Shown: positions 37,367-47,542, numbered from the stretch's first letter. The stretch is DNA of 64,000 bases from Actinomycetota bacterium (GCA_041658625.1 JBAZZW010000001.1:646217-710216); one strand, 5' to 3'. Notes: generated from the letters alone by a model not told the origin. Made by a program: numbers and translations.

Positions 37367-38623
37367 ATGTTTAAGAAAATACGCAAGCCGAACTGGAAAA
37401 CAATCGCGCTCTTCCTGGCCGTCATCGGCCCGGGCATCATCACCGCCAACGTCGACAACGACGCCGGCGGCATCGCCACCTATTCGATAGCAGGCGCCAC
37501 TTACGGATATAAACTGCTCTGGGCCATGGTCCCCATCGCTATCGCCCTGATCGTCGTCCAGGAAACAGCCTCCCGGTTAGGCGTGGTCACGGGCAAGGGC
37601 TTCGCCGATTTGATTCGGGAGCACTACGGGATCCGGATTACCTTCTTTGTCATGATGACGCTCCTTTTTGTGAACCTGGCCAACACGATGGCGGAGTTCG
37701 CCGGCTGGGCGGCGGCGATGGAGATCTTTGGCGTCACAAAGTATATTTCGGTGCCGATCGCGGCCGCTGTGGTCTGGTTGCTTGTGGTCAAGGGGACATA
37801 TCGGGCGGTAGAAAAGATTTTTCTGATATTCGCGACGATTTATCTAACCTATATTGTTTCCGGTTTTATGGCCCACCCCGATTGGGGGATGGCGGTCAAG
37901 AACACACTGATTCCGACCATCCAGCCGACAACCGGCTTTTTGATAGCGCTGATCGCCGTGGTCGGCACGACCATAGCTCCCTGGATGCAGTTTTATCTCC
38001 AGTCCGCCGTGGTCGAAAAGGGCATAAAAATCGACCAGTATAAGGCGACGAGAATCGACGTTGTGGTCGGCTGTTTGTTCGCCAACGTCGTGGCCTACTT
38101 CATCGTTATCGCCTGTGCCGCGACGCTCTATAAAAACGGCGTCATGGTAAATTCCGCGAAAGACGCCGCGCTGGCGCTCGCGCCGCTGGCCGGCAAATAC
38201 GCCACCATCCTGTTTGCCGTCGGCTTAGCCAACGCCAGCCTGTTTGCCGCCTCGATCCTGCCCTTATCCACGGCTTACTCCGTGTCGGAAGGAATGGGCT
38301 GGGAGGGCGGCGTCAACACGACGTTTAAAACCGCCCCCCACTTCAACTGGATCTACACGGGCTTGATAGTCATCGGCGCGGCCACGGTGCTCATTCCCGG
38401 CGTGCCCCTACTCGGCATTCTATATATGTCGCAATTCTTAAACGGCCTTCTGCTGCCGGTCACTATGATTTTCGCGGTCCTCCTGGTCAACAAGAAAGAG
38501 TTGATGGGAGAGCACGTGAATGGAAAGATATATAATGTAATCGGTTGGACGTCGGCGGCCGCGGTCGTTGCGTTGTCGCTGATGTTAGCTGTCACGACGA
38601 TTGCTCCGAACCTTTTCGGGTAG
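37367..38623 (+). CDS. mntH: NRAMP-family divalent metal (Mn2+/Fe2+) transporter
   Basis: GPGIITANVDNDAGGIATYS motif, 11 TM. Confidence 0.85.
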   Translation: MFKKIRKPNWKTIALFLAVIGPGIITANVDNDAGGIATYSIAGATYGYKLLWAMVPIAIALIVVQETASRLGVVTGKGFADLIREHYGIRITFFVMMTLLFVNLANTMAEFAGWAAAMEIFGVTKYISVPIAAAVVWLLVVKGTYRAVEKIFLIFATIYLTYIVSGFMAHPDWGMAVKNTLIPTIQPTTGFLIALIAVVGTTIAPWMQFYLQSAVVEKGIKIDQYKATRIDVVVGCLFANVVAYFIVIACAATLYKNGVMVNSAKDAALALAPLAGKYATILFAVGLANASLFAASILPLSTAYSVSEGMGWEGGVNTTFKTAPHFNWIYTGLIVIGAATVLIPGVPLLGILYMSQFLNGLLLPVTMIFAVLLVNKKELMGEHVNGKIYNVIGWTSAAAVVALSLMLAVTTIAPNLFG

Positions 38624-38648
38624 CGCCAAGCCGAAAGCAACGGACCAC

Positions 38649-38697
38649 AATAAATATTCTTCGAGCGAGCGCAGCGAGTCGAGAAGCAACAATACGG
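38649..38697 (+). promoter_or_regulatory. Leader motif copy A (CAATAAATATTCTTCGAG-12nt-GTCGAGAAGCAACAATA) directly 5' of radical SAM gene SD
   Basis: Same flanks as 60682 and 12506 elements. Confidence 0.55.
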
Positions 38698-38708
38698 AGG
38701 CGCGCAAC

Positions 38709-39731
38709 ATGCACGAAGCGATTCTGTACGACAAGATGGACGGCGGAAAAGTTAATTGCCGGGTGTGTCCGCGGCTGTGCGTGGTCGCCGACGGGAAAAC
38801 CGGCTATTGCTGCGTGCGGGGCAACCGCGAAGGGTCTTTCTATTCCCTGACCTACGGCAAGATCACCAGCGCGGCAATCGACCCCATCGAGAAGAAACCT
38901 CTGTTTCACTTCCATCCGGGAACCCGCGTCTTCTCCGTCGGCTCAGCGGGCTGCAATCTGCGCTGCGCCCACTGTCAGAACTGGGAGATTGCCCACGACA
39001 AACCGGGGGAGGATGATTTAGCCCGCATGGCCGGCTTGTCCCCAGAAGCCGCGATCGCCGCGGCTCTGGAAAACGGGTGCGCCGGCATCGCCTGGACATA
39101 TAACGAGCCGACGATTTGGCTGGAGTACACCATCGACACCGCCAAGCTGGCCAAGGAAGCCGGCCTATATACGGTTTACGTAACTAACGGATACGCGACC
39201 CTGGACGCCGTCGACGCTATCGGACCGGTCTTGGGCGCTTACCGCGTCGACGTAAAGGGTTTTACCGACGAACTGTATTTGAAACTCGCCAACGCCAGGA
39301 ACTGGCGGACAATACTGGCGGCCGCTGAGCGCGCCAAGAAAAAATGGGCTTGCCATGTTGAAATCGTGACCAACGTCATACCCACCATGAACGATGACGA
39401 CGCGCAGCTGAAAGATATCGCCGAGTGGATCCGCGACGCGCTGGGACCGGAGACGCCCTGGCACGTTACTCGGTTCATGCCCTATCTGGAGCTGTCGCAC
39501 TTGCCGCCGACACCGGTCGCTACGCTTGAACGAGCGCGAGCCATCGGCCAAGGGGCCGGGTTGAGGTTCGTTTACATAGGGAATGTTCCCGGGCATGAAG
39601 GAGAAAACACCTTCTGTCCCAAATGTGGCGCTGTCGCGATTGAAAGAAGCGGATATACAACATCGTTAAAAGGGATTGCCGAAAGCGGCAACTGCGCTGA
39701 ATGCGGCGAGCCGCTCGGGTTCGTCCAGTAG
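38709..39731 (+). CDS. Radical SAM enzyme, AmmeMemoRadiSam-system type (PFL-activase-like)
   Basis: CNLRCAHCQNWEI radical SAM cluster motif plus N-terminal CRVCPRLC...C Cys cluster typical of AmrS-type; ATG 38709 after ACGGAGG. Confidence 0.8.
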   Translation: MHEAILYDKMDGGKVNCRVCPRLCVVADGKTGYCCVRGNREGSFYSLTYGKITSAAIDPIEKKPLFHFHPGTRVFSVGSAGCNLRCAHCQNWEIAHDKPGEDDLARMAGLSPEAAIAAALENGCAGIAWTYNEPTIWLEYTIDTAKLAKEAGLYTVYVTNGYATLDAVDAIGPVLGAYRVDVKGFTDELYLKLANARNWRTILAAAERAKKKWACHVEIVTNVIPTMNDDDAQLKDIAEWIRDALGPETPWHVTRFMPYLELSHLPPTPVATLERARAIGQGAGLRFVYIGNVPGHEGENTFCPKCGAVAIERSGYTTSLKGIAESGNCAECGEPLGFVQ

Positions 39732-39827
39732 CTTAAGCGGATTTCGCGCGTCTTAAGCTTTCCGGCAGTTTCATGCCGACCCAGCCTAGTGTTTTCCCTA
39801 GTATTTTAGCAAGTTGCGACGAGGGCA

Positions 39828-39855
39828 TTGACACTCGTTATCATAGGCGTATCCT
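39828..39855 (+). promoter_or_regulatory. Sigma70-like promoter TTGACA-16-TATCCT
   Basis: Consensus -35; lies 130 nt upstream of terminator 39988. Confidence 0.45.
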
Positions 39856-39861
39856 GTAGTC

Positions 39862-40017
39862 AGAAGATGCAGAACGTAAGACAAAAACCCAAATTTAATA
39901 TGGAGGGGTTCGCATCTGCGGACACCAAGGACGCAATGATCCGCGACCTGAAAAGGTGGTCACCGAGGTCGCGGGGAGCCAGTGTGAAACCGGCCGGCTT
40001 GGCCGGTTTTGTTGTTT
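39862..40017 (+). ncRNA. Candidate small RNA / leader transcript between promoter 39828 and terminator 39988, upstream of adhesin gene
   Basis: Promoter and intrinsic terminator bracket about 150 nt; only an RBS-less 42-codon ORF inside. Confidence 0.3.
39988..40017 (+). terminator. Rho-independent terminator AACCGGCC-GGCTT-GGCCGGTT + TTGTTGTTT
   Basis: 8-bp perfect GC-rich stem, 5-nt loop, U-rich tail. Confidence 0.7.
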
Positions 40018-40093
40018 ATGGGGTGTGAAATTTGGCACATAGGGTGACGATTAAATTTGCACTTAAAGTTGGGAAACCAAGGGGGCGCTACCA

Positions 40094-43000
40094 ATGAGTA
40101 ATTCAACCAGAGCAGGCTGGCTGACAAAGTTGTCAAGAGGCGGTCGGACGAGGGCTTTTATGAACTCGGTCCGGCTGCTGCTTATTTTCTCGATGGTCCT
40201 TTGGAACATGGGGCCGACCATAGCGGTGGCGGCTGATGAGCTTACGCCGGGGACACCCCCGGCGGCTGAACAACCTGTGGCAACGGACACGGCGGCGACA
40301 ACGACGCCGACCATAACCGCTCTGGCCGCCGAACAGCCGCCGGCCGAGACGCCGCAAACCCCCTTTGCGAGCGCGCAGGCCGAGCCGACCACCACCCTGA
40401 CAGAAGCAATTGTCTATACCCCCTCGATCCAAACCGACAAGCCAAGTTATCAAGCAGGCCAGTCTGTTGTCATCACCGGCTCCGGATTTAAGCCGGGGGA
40501 GCAGGTTTCTGTTGTTATAACAAAATCCAGCGGAGAAGCTGCGCAAGACCGGACCGTATCGGCGGACGGCGGCGGCGCTATTTATGAAACCTACTTAGTG
40601 CCGGCCGACGGTACCGCCAGCTATCGCTATGGCATAACCGCCACGGGTCTTGAATCCGGCGGAGTCGCGACGGCATCTTTTACCGATCCAGGCGCCGTGT
40701 TCATTTCTTCGCCCAGGGTTACTCAAGAAAGTGGTGGGAATCCAGGCCCTGAAAAACTGAAGCCGGAAGAGTCAATAATCGGCATAGACGTATGGTCGCC
40801 CACTCTCATTGCGGGCGGGATAATTACGCTGCACAGGAGTGATGGTACAGACGGACAGAATTTTACTATCGACGGCAATGTGCAACAGGCCCTCCCGGCG
40901 CCGGTTTTTATCAACGACCCGGAGGGGGGCAAGTACCACTATTACGTTTACTGGAGCATTATCAAATATGGAGCTCCGCCCCCGACCGCGACCGAGCTAT
41001 TCCGCGTCGACGTTGTTGATGAATTCTCGTCGCACATCTATGGGCCTGGCCCGAACGAAACCGACTGGTACACGTTACAAATAGACAATAGAGCCTCGCT
41101 AAGTCAAAGCGCGCTGGATTTCTTGGACAGCTGGCCCGATGCGATCAGTCTGCCAGTCGGGTCGACGTTCAAGGTGCGGGCTCTCTACCGGGAATCAAGC
41201 GCCAACGCAATGACTCAGCTGGCGGCGCAGAGTTTCTATAACGGAGCCGTCCTGGAACTGGAAAATATTACTCAATATTGGTTTGACAACCCGGGAGCCG
41301 TGCCTGTGATTACAGGGCCAACGGTTACCGGCGCTGTCGCCCCGACGGTTTTTGACAATCACCCTTGGTTTAGCGAAGCGGAGGTCACTAGCCTGCTGCC
41401 GACTTATGACGGCAACGATTATTGGGTGGCCGAGTATGAGTTCAAGGTTACTAGCGTGGGAGCGTTTACAATTACCCCATATGTCCAGACAATGCGCGGC
41501 GGGTCATGGAAACTAGACAGTGGCTACACTTCATCAGGAGCAGTACCGGGAACAATAAGCGGTAAGAAATTCCTAGATGTTGACGGTGATGGCGTCAAGG
41601 ATCCCGAGGACACGACAGGCCTAGCCGGCTGGAAGATTTATCTCGACATGGACAACAACGGCGCGTTTAACACGGGAGACATTGAGACAACAACAGTCGC
41701 CGACAATCCGGCGACAACAACTGTCAATGAAGCCGGCAACTATTATTTCAGTAACGTTATGCCAAATATTGACGGCACGGCAAGAACGTATAAAATCCGA
41801 GAGATTCTTGATGACCACCCGGGATGGGCGCAGACATATCCTGCATCACCAGGCACGCAAACTGTCTCAATGACCCCGGGGGCCAACATAACCACTGGCA
41901 CAGACTTCGGCAACTATGAGCTGCCGAAGGTTGGCAGCATTAGCGGCCTTAAGTGGGACGACAAGAACGGAAACGGAACACGGGACAACTATGACACCAA
42001 CGGCGACGGCACGCCGGACACATTAGAGCCGATACTTGGCAATTGGACTATATATATAGACACAAACAGCAGCGGGGCCTTTGAAGAAGCGTCTGATAAG
42101 CACGGACACACAGACCCAACCACAGGGCTGTATACAATCGATGGTCTTACAGCCGGCGACTATACCGTCAAAGAAGTCTTGCAGTCTGGGTGGACGCCGA
42201 CAAGCCCGGCCACCGGCTCGCAGACAGCGGGTGTAATCGCCGGAGCGAATACCCCTGGCGTCAACTTCGGCAACTTCAAGAACGTAAGCATCTCGGGGAT
42301 GAAGTTCAACGACTTGAACGGGGACGGGAGCAAGACCGGAGACCCGGGCTTAAATGGCTGGGAGATCCACATCAAGAAGGGCGGCGTGGACATCGCCGGA
42401 TCACCGTTTACGACGAGCGGCGGCGGCCTCTACTCGGCCACCAACCTAGGGCCGGGGACCTACGTCATCTCCGAGACCAACCAAGCCGGTTGGACCCAGA
42501 CCGCGCCGGCAGGCACGACCTACACGGTCAACGCCGCGAGCGGCACGAACGTGACCGACCGTGACTTCGGCAACCAGGGACGCGGTTCCATCTCCGGGTT
42601 CAAGTTCGTCGACATCGACGGCAACGGGGTCAAGGACGGCGCCGACTACAACTATCTCGGCGGCTGGGACATCACGGTCACTGGACCGGTCACGCAGACC
42701 CAGACGACGTCTTTAGTAGACGGGACCTACTCTTTCACGAACCTCCCGGCCGGCAACTATACGGTCAGCGAGGCCGCGAACAGCGCCTGGACCCAGACCG
42801 TACCGACAGCCCCCGCGACCCATTCGGTCACCTTGGGCGCCGGTACCGACGCGACGAACAAGTTCTTCGGTAACTTCCAGAACATCACCATCTCCGGGAT
42901 GAAGTTCAACGACTTGAACGGAGACGGCAGCAAGACCGGAGACCCGGGCTTAAATGGCTGGGAGATCCACATCAAGAAGGGCGGCGTGGACATCGCCGGA

Positions 43001-46000
43001 TCACCGTTTACGACGAGCGGCGGCGGCCTCTACTCGGCCACCAACCTAGGGCCGGGGACCTACGTCATCTCCGAGACCAACCAAGCCGGTTGGACCCAGA
43101 CCGCGCCGGCAGGCACGACCTACACGGTCAACGCCGCGAGCGGCACGAACGTGACCGACCGTGACTTCGGCAACTTCGAGAACTTCACCAAGACCTTCGC
43201 GCTCACGGTCAACGAACCGATTTTGGGCGCCACATATTATGTCGACTACGTCTCGACGGCCGGCAACGGAACGCTCACGCTGGTGCGCGACGGATCCACC
43301 AACACCTACAAGGCCGACACGACCGCCTTCACCGGTCCGGTCACGATTTCCTCCTGGACCTGGAGGATCACGAACAGCTACGGCACGATCTGGAGCAAGA
43401 CGATTCCGTTTGCCGAGACGCTGACCGCGCACAAGGACAACACCTACACCATGAGCTATGAGCTCGTGCTGACGCCTCCGACGGCCTTGAACCAGGTCGA
43501 AGAGGCGCACGACTTCACCGCGACGGTGACGGCCGACGACGGCCAGGTTCTGACGAACCTGCCCGTCTACTACTCGGTCACGTCTCCGGCGACGGCGACA
43601 CCTACTCCGCCGCAGACGACCAACGGCAGCGGACAGATCACCTTCAGCGTGAACTCAACTACGCCTACGCTCGCCACCGTATCCTCCTGGGTGAACGAGA
43701 CCGACGGAACCTCTGTCGCGTTCGACGAGGGCGAGGCTAACGACACCTCGACCAAGAGGTGGATCGACTACGAGCTCACAGTCAATCCGCCGATCGACAA
43801 CAACATCGTCGGCGTCGACCACGTCTTTACGGTCACATTAACTAAAGATATGGGCGATGGGGCGGGTTACGTCCCGGCCGGCGGCGAGACGGTCACCTTG
43901 AACCTGATTGGCACGACCGGCTATATCCAGGATGTTGGCGGCGTCGTCTACGGCCCGCCAACGGTAATGGCGACAGGCGCCACCGACGCCGTCACCGGCA
44001 CCTTGACGGTCACCATCCGGGCGGCTTCGGCCGGCATCTCGTTGCTGATCGCCTCGAGTCAGTACGCTGTCGATTCGGGCACCATGACCGCGACGGGCAA
44101 TCCGGGCGTCAAGACCTGGGAGTACGGTTCGATTTCAGGATATATCCGTATGGACACCAACACTAACGGCGCGTTTGATGCCGGCGAGCCCGGATTGAAC
44201 AGCTGGCGGGCGTTCCTGGACATCAACGGAAACGGTTACTTTGATCCCGGCATCGATCCGTTCGATATGACCGATGCCAACGGCTTCTACGAGATCGGCA
44301 ATCTGGCCGCGGGCACCTACGAGGTCTACCAAGAGCTCCAAGGTGTCTGGGCCCAAACCTACCCGGTAGCCCCCGTTTACTATACGGCGGTGCTCACGGA
44401 CGCGGACCGGAACTCCACCGGCAACGACTTCGGCAACACGATGGCGGACATGGCCATCGTCAAGACGGATACCGGTTACGATCCGCTCCAGAGCGGGCAG
44501 GAGATCGTCTATACCAACGTCATAACCAACAACGGGCCTTGCCTGGCCGAGGACGTCGTCTTTACCGACACGCCGCCTGCTGAGCTGACCGCGCCAATTG
44601 AATACCGGATCGGCGCGGGCGCCTGGACGGCCTGGACTGGCTCGGCGGACCTCGGCGACATGGCCGCGGGCGCGAGCGAGACCGTCTACTTCAGAGGCAC
44701 GGTAATAGCGGCTCCTGGCACCATTACCAACACGGCCAGTGTTTCCTCGGAAACACCCGACCCGAACCTGACCAACAACACGGACAACGAGGACACGTTG
44801 GTCGTCAAGTACATACTGGTCGTCGGGCCGCCCGAAGCGGTTAACCGCGTCGGACAGGAGCATGAGTTCTACGTGCACTTGACGAAGGACGACGGAACCT
44901 CGGTTACCGATGTCGCCGGCGCGCAGGTCCAGGTCTCCCTGGACAGCACGACCGGGTATCTGACCGGATGGGGTTATGACGGCGCGACGCACGTCAAGAC
45001 CGGAACCTACGCTCCGGGTACGACCATGTCGGACACTCTGACGACCGACGCGTTCGGTTATATCTACGTCTACGCGGTCAGCATGGACCCGGGCACAGCC
45101 GAGTTCTCCGCGAACTACGACTACAACCTGGCCGGCGCCAGCCTGACCGTAATTTCCGATCCGGATGCGGAGAAGGAATGGACGCCGGGTACGATTTCCG
45201 GACACATCCGTCAGGATACGAACACAGACGGTACGTATGACGCCGGCGAGCCGGGCTTGGAAAACTGGCGGGCCTTTATCGACCAGAATGACAACGGAAC
45301 CTATGACGCGGGCGAACCCACGGACCTCGCCGACGCTTCCGGCTACTATGAGATCGGGAACTTAAGCGCCGGTACCTACGAGGTCTACGAGGTACTCGAG
45401 GGCGTTTGGGAACAGACGTACCCGACGGCTCCCGAATACTTCACGGCGACAGTCTCCGGCTCGACGCCGGACGTTACCGGACTCGACTTCGGCAACGCGC
45501 GGGCCGATCTGACCATCCAGAAGACCGACGTCTTCCACTTCGGCTCAGCGCCATATAACTACAATGAGGTCCAAGCCGGGCAGAAGGCGGTCTATGAGCT
45601 CACCGTCAGCAACCTGGGCGAGTGCACAGCCTTGAACGTCTCAGTCACCGATACTGCTCCGGCCGTCCTGACGAATCTCGAGTTCAATCTGGGAGATCCC
45701 TCAATCGAAGCGGGCTGGCAGCCATGGGCGACTCTTGCCCCGGTCCCAAGCCTTGCCGCGGGCGGACAGTACACGTTCTATGTCAGGGGCACTGTTGCTC
45801 CGACAGCCCCGCTAGGTGTCTTCACGAACCGGGTTGACGTCACCTCGGACACTCCGGACCCGAACTTGGGCAACAACTTCGACCTGGAGGACACGACGGT
45901 CGTGGAATACACAATCACCGTGGGCCCGGCCGAAGCCGTTAACCGCGTCGGCCAGGAGCACGAGTTCACCATCTACCTGACTAAGAAAAACGGAACGACT

Positions 46001-47542
46001 ACGGCAGGTGTGGCGGGCGCTTCCGTTAACGTCGCCCTAGACGCCGCTAGCACGGCCGGGTACTTGACCGGTTGGGGTCAGGACGGAGCGGCGAAACTCG
46101 TGAGCTATCTACCGGGTACAACGACTTCCGCTACAGTGACGACCAATCCGAGCGGGTATGCATACGTCTACGCGACCAGCCCGACTCCCGGCATGGCCAT
46201 TCTCTATGCTGACTACAACTACACGCTCGGCCACGCCGACCTGTCCATAACGACGGATCCTGACGCCTACAAGAACTGGATCAACTATCAACTGACAATC
46301 GAGCCGGCTTTGGCGACCAACCCGGTCAACGAGCCACACGACTTCCTGGTCAAGCTGATAGTCGACGATGGCGTCAATGACAACGCTGCCGACGGACTGT
46401 CGGGTACCTGGGATCCCGCGGCCGGTGAAATAGTCAACATCGCCTATACGTTGCACGGCAGCGTATTCGCCATCGACGACGCTGACGGGTATCGAATTGC
46501 CCCACCGCTGAACTCCGGCAAAACGGAGGCAGACGGTACCTTTATAGTCTGGGCGCAAAGCGGCGGAACAGCCGGCACAGGCAAGCTCACGGCAACCTAC
46601 AACACGACCATCGGCGGCGCGCTGGCTACGTTCAATAGCAACGAGGCCATAAAGATATGGCAAGCGGGCACGATAAATGGCTTCAAATGGGCTGATATCG
46701 ATGCTGACGGAACGTGGGATACTAGCGAACCTGGTCTATCCGGCTGGACGATTAAACTTGAGCCTATCGACTTATTTGATATCCCCGGACCTTCACAAAT
46801 ACAGGGTGTGGCATATACAGCCACAACAATCACCGGAACCGGTGGCGCGTATACATTCGCCAACGTCCCGCCGGGAACATACAAAGTATTCGAGGAGATT
46901 CATCACCCAAGTCAAGACGGTTGGGCGCAGACCTATCCAACGGATCCCAACTATCACGTGGTAACGGTACTGCCTGATCAGACGGTCGCGAACGTTAATT
47001 TCGGCAACCACGCGATTGGCGAGATAATCGGTACGGTTTGGTACGACATTAACGCCAACCAGATCATCGATCAAGGCGAACAACGTCTATCCGGGTGGAC
47101 CGTCACCCTATACGCCTCGGACGGCCTCACCGTTCTGGCGACGCAGCTTTCGGGACCTGATGGTGGGTATCTGTTCGACAACCTGCTGCCCGGCACGTAC
47201 TACGTGTCTGAAACGATCAACAGTCCGGAATGGAGCAATACGACACCTATCAAGCGCAAGGTGGTATTGACCTACATAAACGGCGATATTATTACGCAGA
47301 TTGCCGACTTCGGCAACGACAAACCGTTCTTGCCGTTTACTCCGAAAGAGCCTTTGCCATATACCGGCGGTCTATATCACGCCAGAATAGCTAACGCAGC
47401 CAGCGCGCATGACGCGCAAAAACCGAGCAACCCGCCTCTGCACGGTAGCGCCGACGGGTTGCTCCTGGCTGCGTTAGCGGTATTGCTTATCGGTTTGGCC
47501 GTTCCGGTTACTCGGAGGTTTGCCCGGACTGCCGGTAATTGA
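40094..47542 (+). CDS. Giant secreted surface/adhesin protein (2482 aa) with many SdrD-B/Cna-B-like and DUF11 repeats and C-terminal LPYTGG...TM...RRFAR anchor-like segment
   Basis: Signal peptide; repeated ISGxKFxDxNGDG...GLxGWxI modules; DUF11-like xDLxIxKTD modules; C-terminal LPYTGG followed 36 aa later by hydrophobic helix and basic tail. Confidence 0.85.
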   Translation: MSNSTRAGWLTKLSRGGRTRAFMNSVRLLLIFSMVLWNMGPTIAVAADELTPGTPPAAEQPVATDTAATTTPTITALAAEQPPAETPQTPFASAQAEPTTTLTEAIVYTPSIQTDKPSYQAGQSVVITGSGFKPGEQVSVVITKSSGEAAQDRTVSADGGGAIYETYLVPADGTASYRYGITATGLESGGVATASFTDPGAVFISSPRVTQESGGNPGPEKLKPEESIIGIDVWSPTLIAGGIITLHRSDGTDGQNFTIDGNVQQALPAPVFINDPEGGKYHYYVYWSIIKYGAPPPTATELFRVDVVDEFSSHIYGPGPNETDWYTLQIDNRASLSQSALDFLDSWPDAISLPVGSTFKVRALYRESSANAMTQLAAQSFYNGAVLELENITQYWFDNPGAVPVITGPTVTGAVAPTVFDNHPWFSEAEVTSLLPTYDGNDYWVAEYEFKVTSVGAFTITPYVQTMRGGSWKLDSGYTSSGAVPGTISGKKFLDVDGDGVKDPEDTTGLAGWKIYLDMDNNGAFNTGDIETTTVADNPATTTVNEAGNYYFSNVMPNIDGTARTYKIREILDDHPGWAQTYPASPGTQTVSMTPGANITTGTDFGNYELPKVGSISGLKWDDKNGNGTRDNYDTNGDGTPDTLEPILGNWTIYIDTNSSGAFEEASDKHGHTDPTTGLYTIDGLTAGDYTVKEVLQSGWTPTSPATGSQTAGVIAGANTPGVNFGNFKNVSISGMKFNDLNGDGSKTGDPGLNGWEIHIKKGGVDIAGSPFTTSGGGLYSATNLGPGTYVISETNQAGWTQTAPAGTTYTVNAASGTNVTDRDFGNQGRGSISGFKFVDIDGNGVKDGADYNYLGGWDITVTGPVTQTQTTSLVDGTYSFTNLPAGNYTVSEAANSAWTQTVPTAPATHSVTLGAGTDATNKFFGNFQNITISGMKFNDLNGDGSKTGDPGLNGWEIHIKKGGVDIAGSPFTTSGGGLYSATNLGPGTYVISETNQAGWTQTAPAGTTYTVNAASGTNVTDRDFGNFENFTKTFALTVNEPILGATYYVDYVSTAGNGTLTLVRDGSTNTYKADTTAFTGPVTISSWTWRITNSYGTIWSKTIPFAETLTAHKDNTYTMSYELVLTPPTALNQVEEAHDFTATVTADDGQVLTNLPVYYSVTSPATATPTPPQTTNGSGQITFSVNSTTPTLATVSSWVNETDGTSVAFDEGEANDTSTKRWIDYELTVNPPIDNNIVGVDHVFTVTLTKDMGDGAGYVPAGGETVTLNLIGTTGYIQDVGGVVYGPPTVMATGATDAVTGTLTVTIRAASAGISLLIASSQYAVDSGTMTATGNPGVKTWEYGSISGYIRMDTNTNGAFDAGEPGLNSWRAFLDINGNGYFDPGIDPFDMTDANGFYEIGNLAAGTYEVYQELQGVWAQTYPVAPVYYTAVLTDADRNSTGNDFGNTMADMAIVKTDTGYDPLQSGQEIVYTNVITNNGPCLAEDVVFTDTPPAELTAPIEYRIGAGAWTAWTGSADLGDMAAGASETVYFRGTVIAAPGTITNTASVSSETPDPNLTNNTDNEDTLVVKYILVVGPPEAVNRVGQEHEFYVHLTKDDGTSVTDVAGAQVQVSLDSTTGYLTGWGYDGATHVKTGTYAPGTTMSDTLTTDAFGYIYVYAVSMDPGTAEFSANYDYNLAGASLTVISDPDAEKEWTPGTISGHIRQDTNTDGTYDAGEPGLENWRAFIDQNDNGTYDAGEPTDLADASGYYEIGNLSAGTYEVYEVLEGVWEQTYPTAPEYFTATVSGSTPDVTGLDFGNARADLTIQKTDVFHFGSAPYNYNEVQAGQKAVYELTVSNLGECTALNVSVTDTAPAVLTNLEFNLGDPSIEAGWQPWATLAPVPSLAAGGQYTFYVRGTVAPTAPLGVFTNRVDVTSDTPDPNLGNNFDLEDTTVVEYTITVGPAEAVNRVGQEHEFTIYLTKKNGTTTAGVAGASVNVALDAASTAGYLTGWGQDGAAKLVSYLPGTTTSATVTTNPSGYAYVYATSPTPGMAILYADYNYTLGHADLSITTDPDAYKNWINYQLTIEPALATNPVNEPHDFLVKLIVDDGVNDNAADGLSGTWDPAAGEIVNIAYTLHGSVFAIDDADGYRIAPPLNSGKTEADGTFIVWAQSGGTAGTGKLTATYNTTIGGALATFNSNEAIKIWQAGTINGFKWADIDADGTWDTSEPGLSGWTIKLEPIDLFDIPGPSQIQGVAYTATTITGTGGAYTFANVPPGTYKVFEEIHHPSQDGWAQTYPTDPNYHVVTVLPDQTVANVNFGNHAIGEIIGTVWYDINANQIIDQGEQRLSGWTVTLYASDGLTVLATQLSGPDGGYLFDNLLPGTYYVSETINSPEWSNTTPIKRKVVLTYINGDIITQIADFGNDKPFLPFTPKEPLPYTGGLYHARIANAASAHDAQKPSNPPLHGSADGLLLAALAVLLIGLAVPVTRRFARTAGN
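42291..42573 (+). repeat. Intragenic duplication copy 1 (283 nt)
   Basis: Near-identical to 42891..43173 (243 nt 100% identical, offset exactly 600 nt). Confidence 0.9.
42891..43173 (+). repeat. Intragenic duplication copy 2 (283 nt)
   Basis: See copy 1. Confidence 0.9.

Noticed and set aside
40133-47083. Numerous minus-strand ORFs within the adhesin gene (e.g. 44135..45205 356 aa, 46109..46663)
   Set aside because: Antisense to a 7.4-kb high-GC repeat gene with clear protein-domain periodicity on the plus strand; no independent support.
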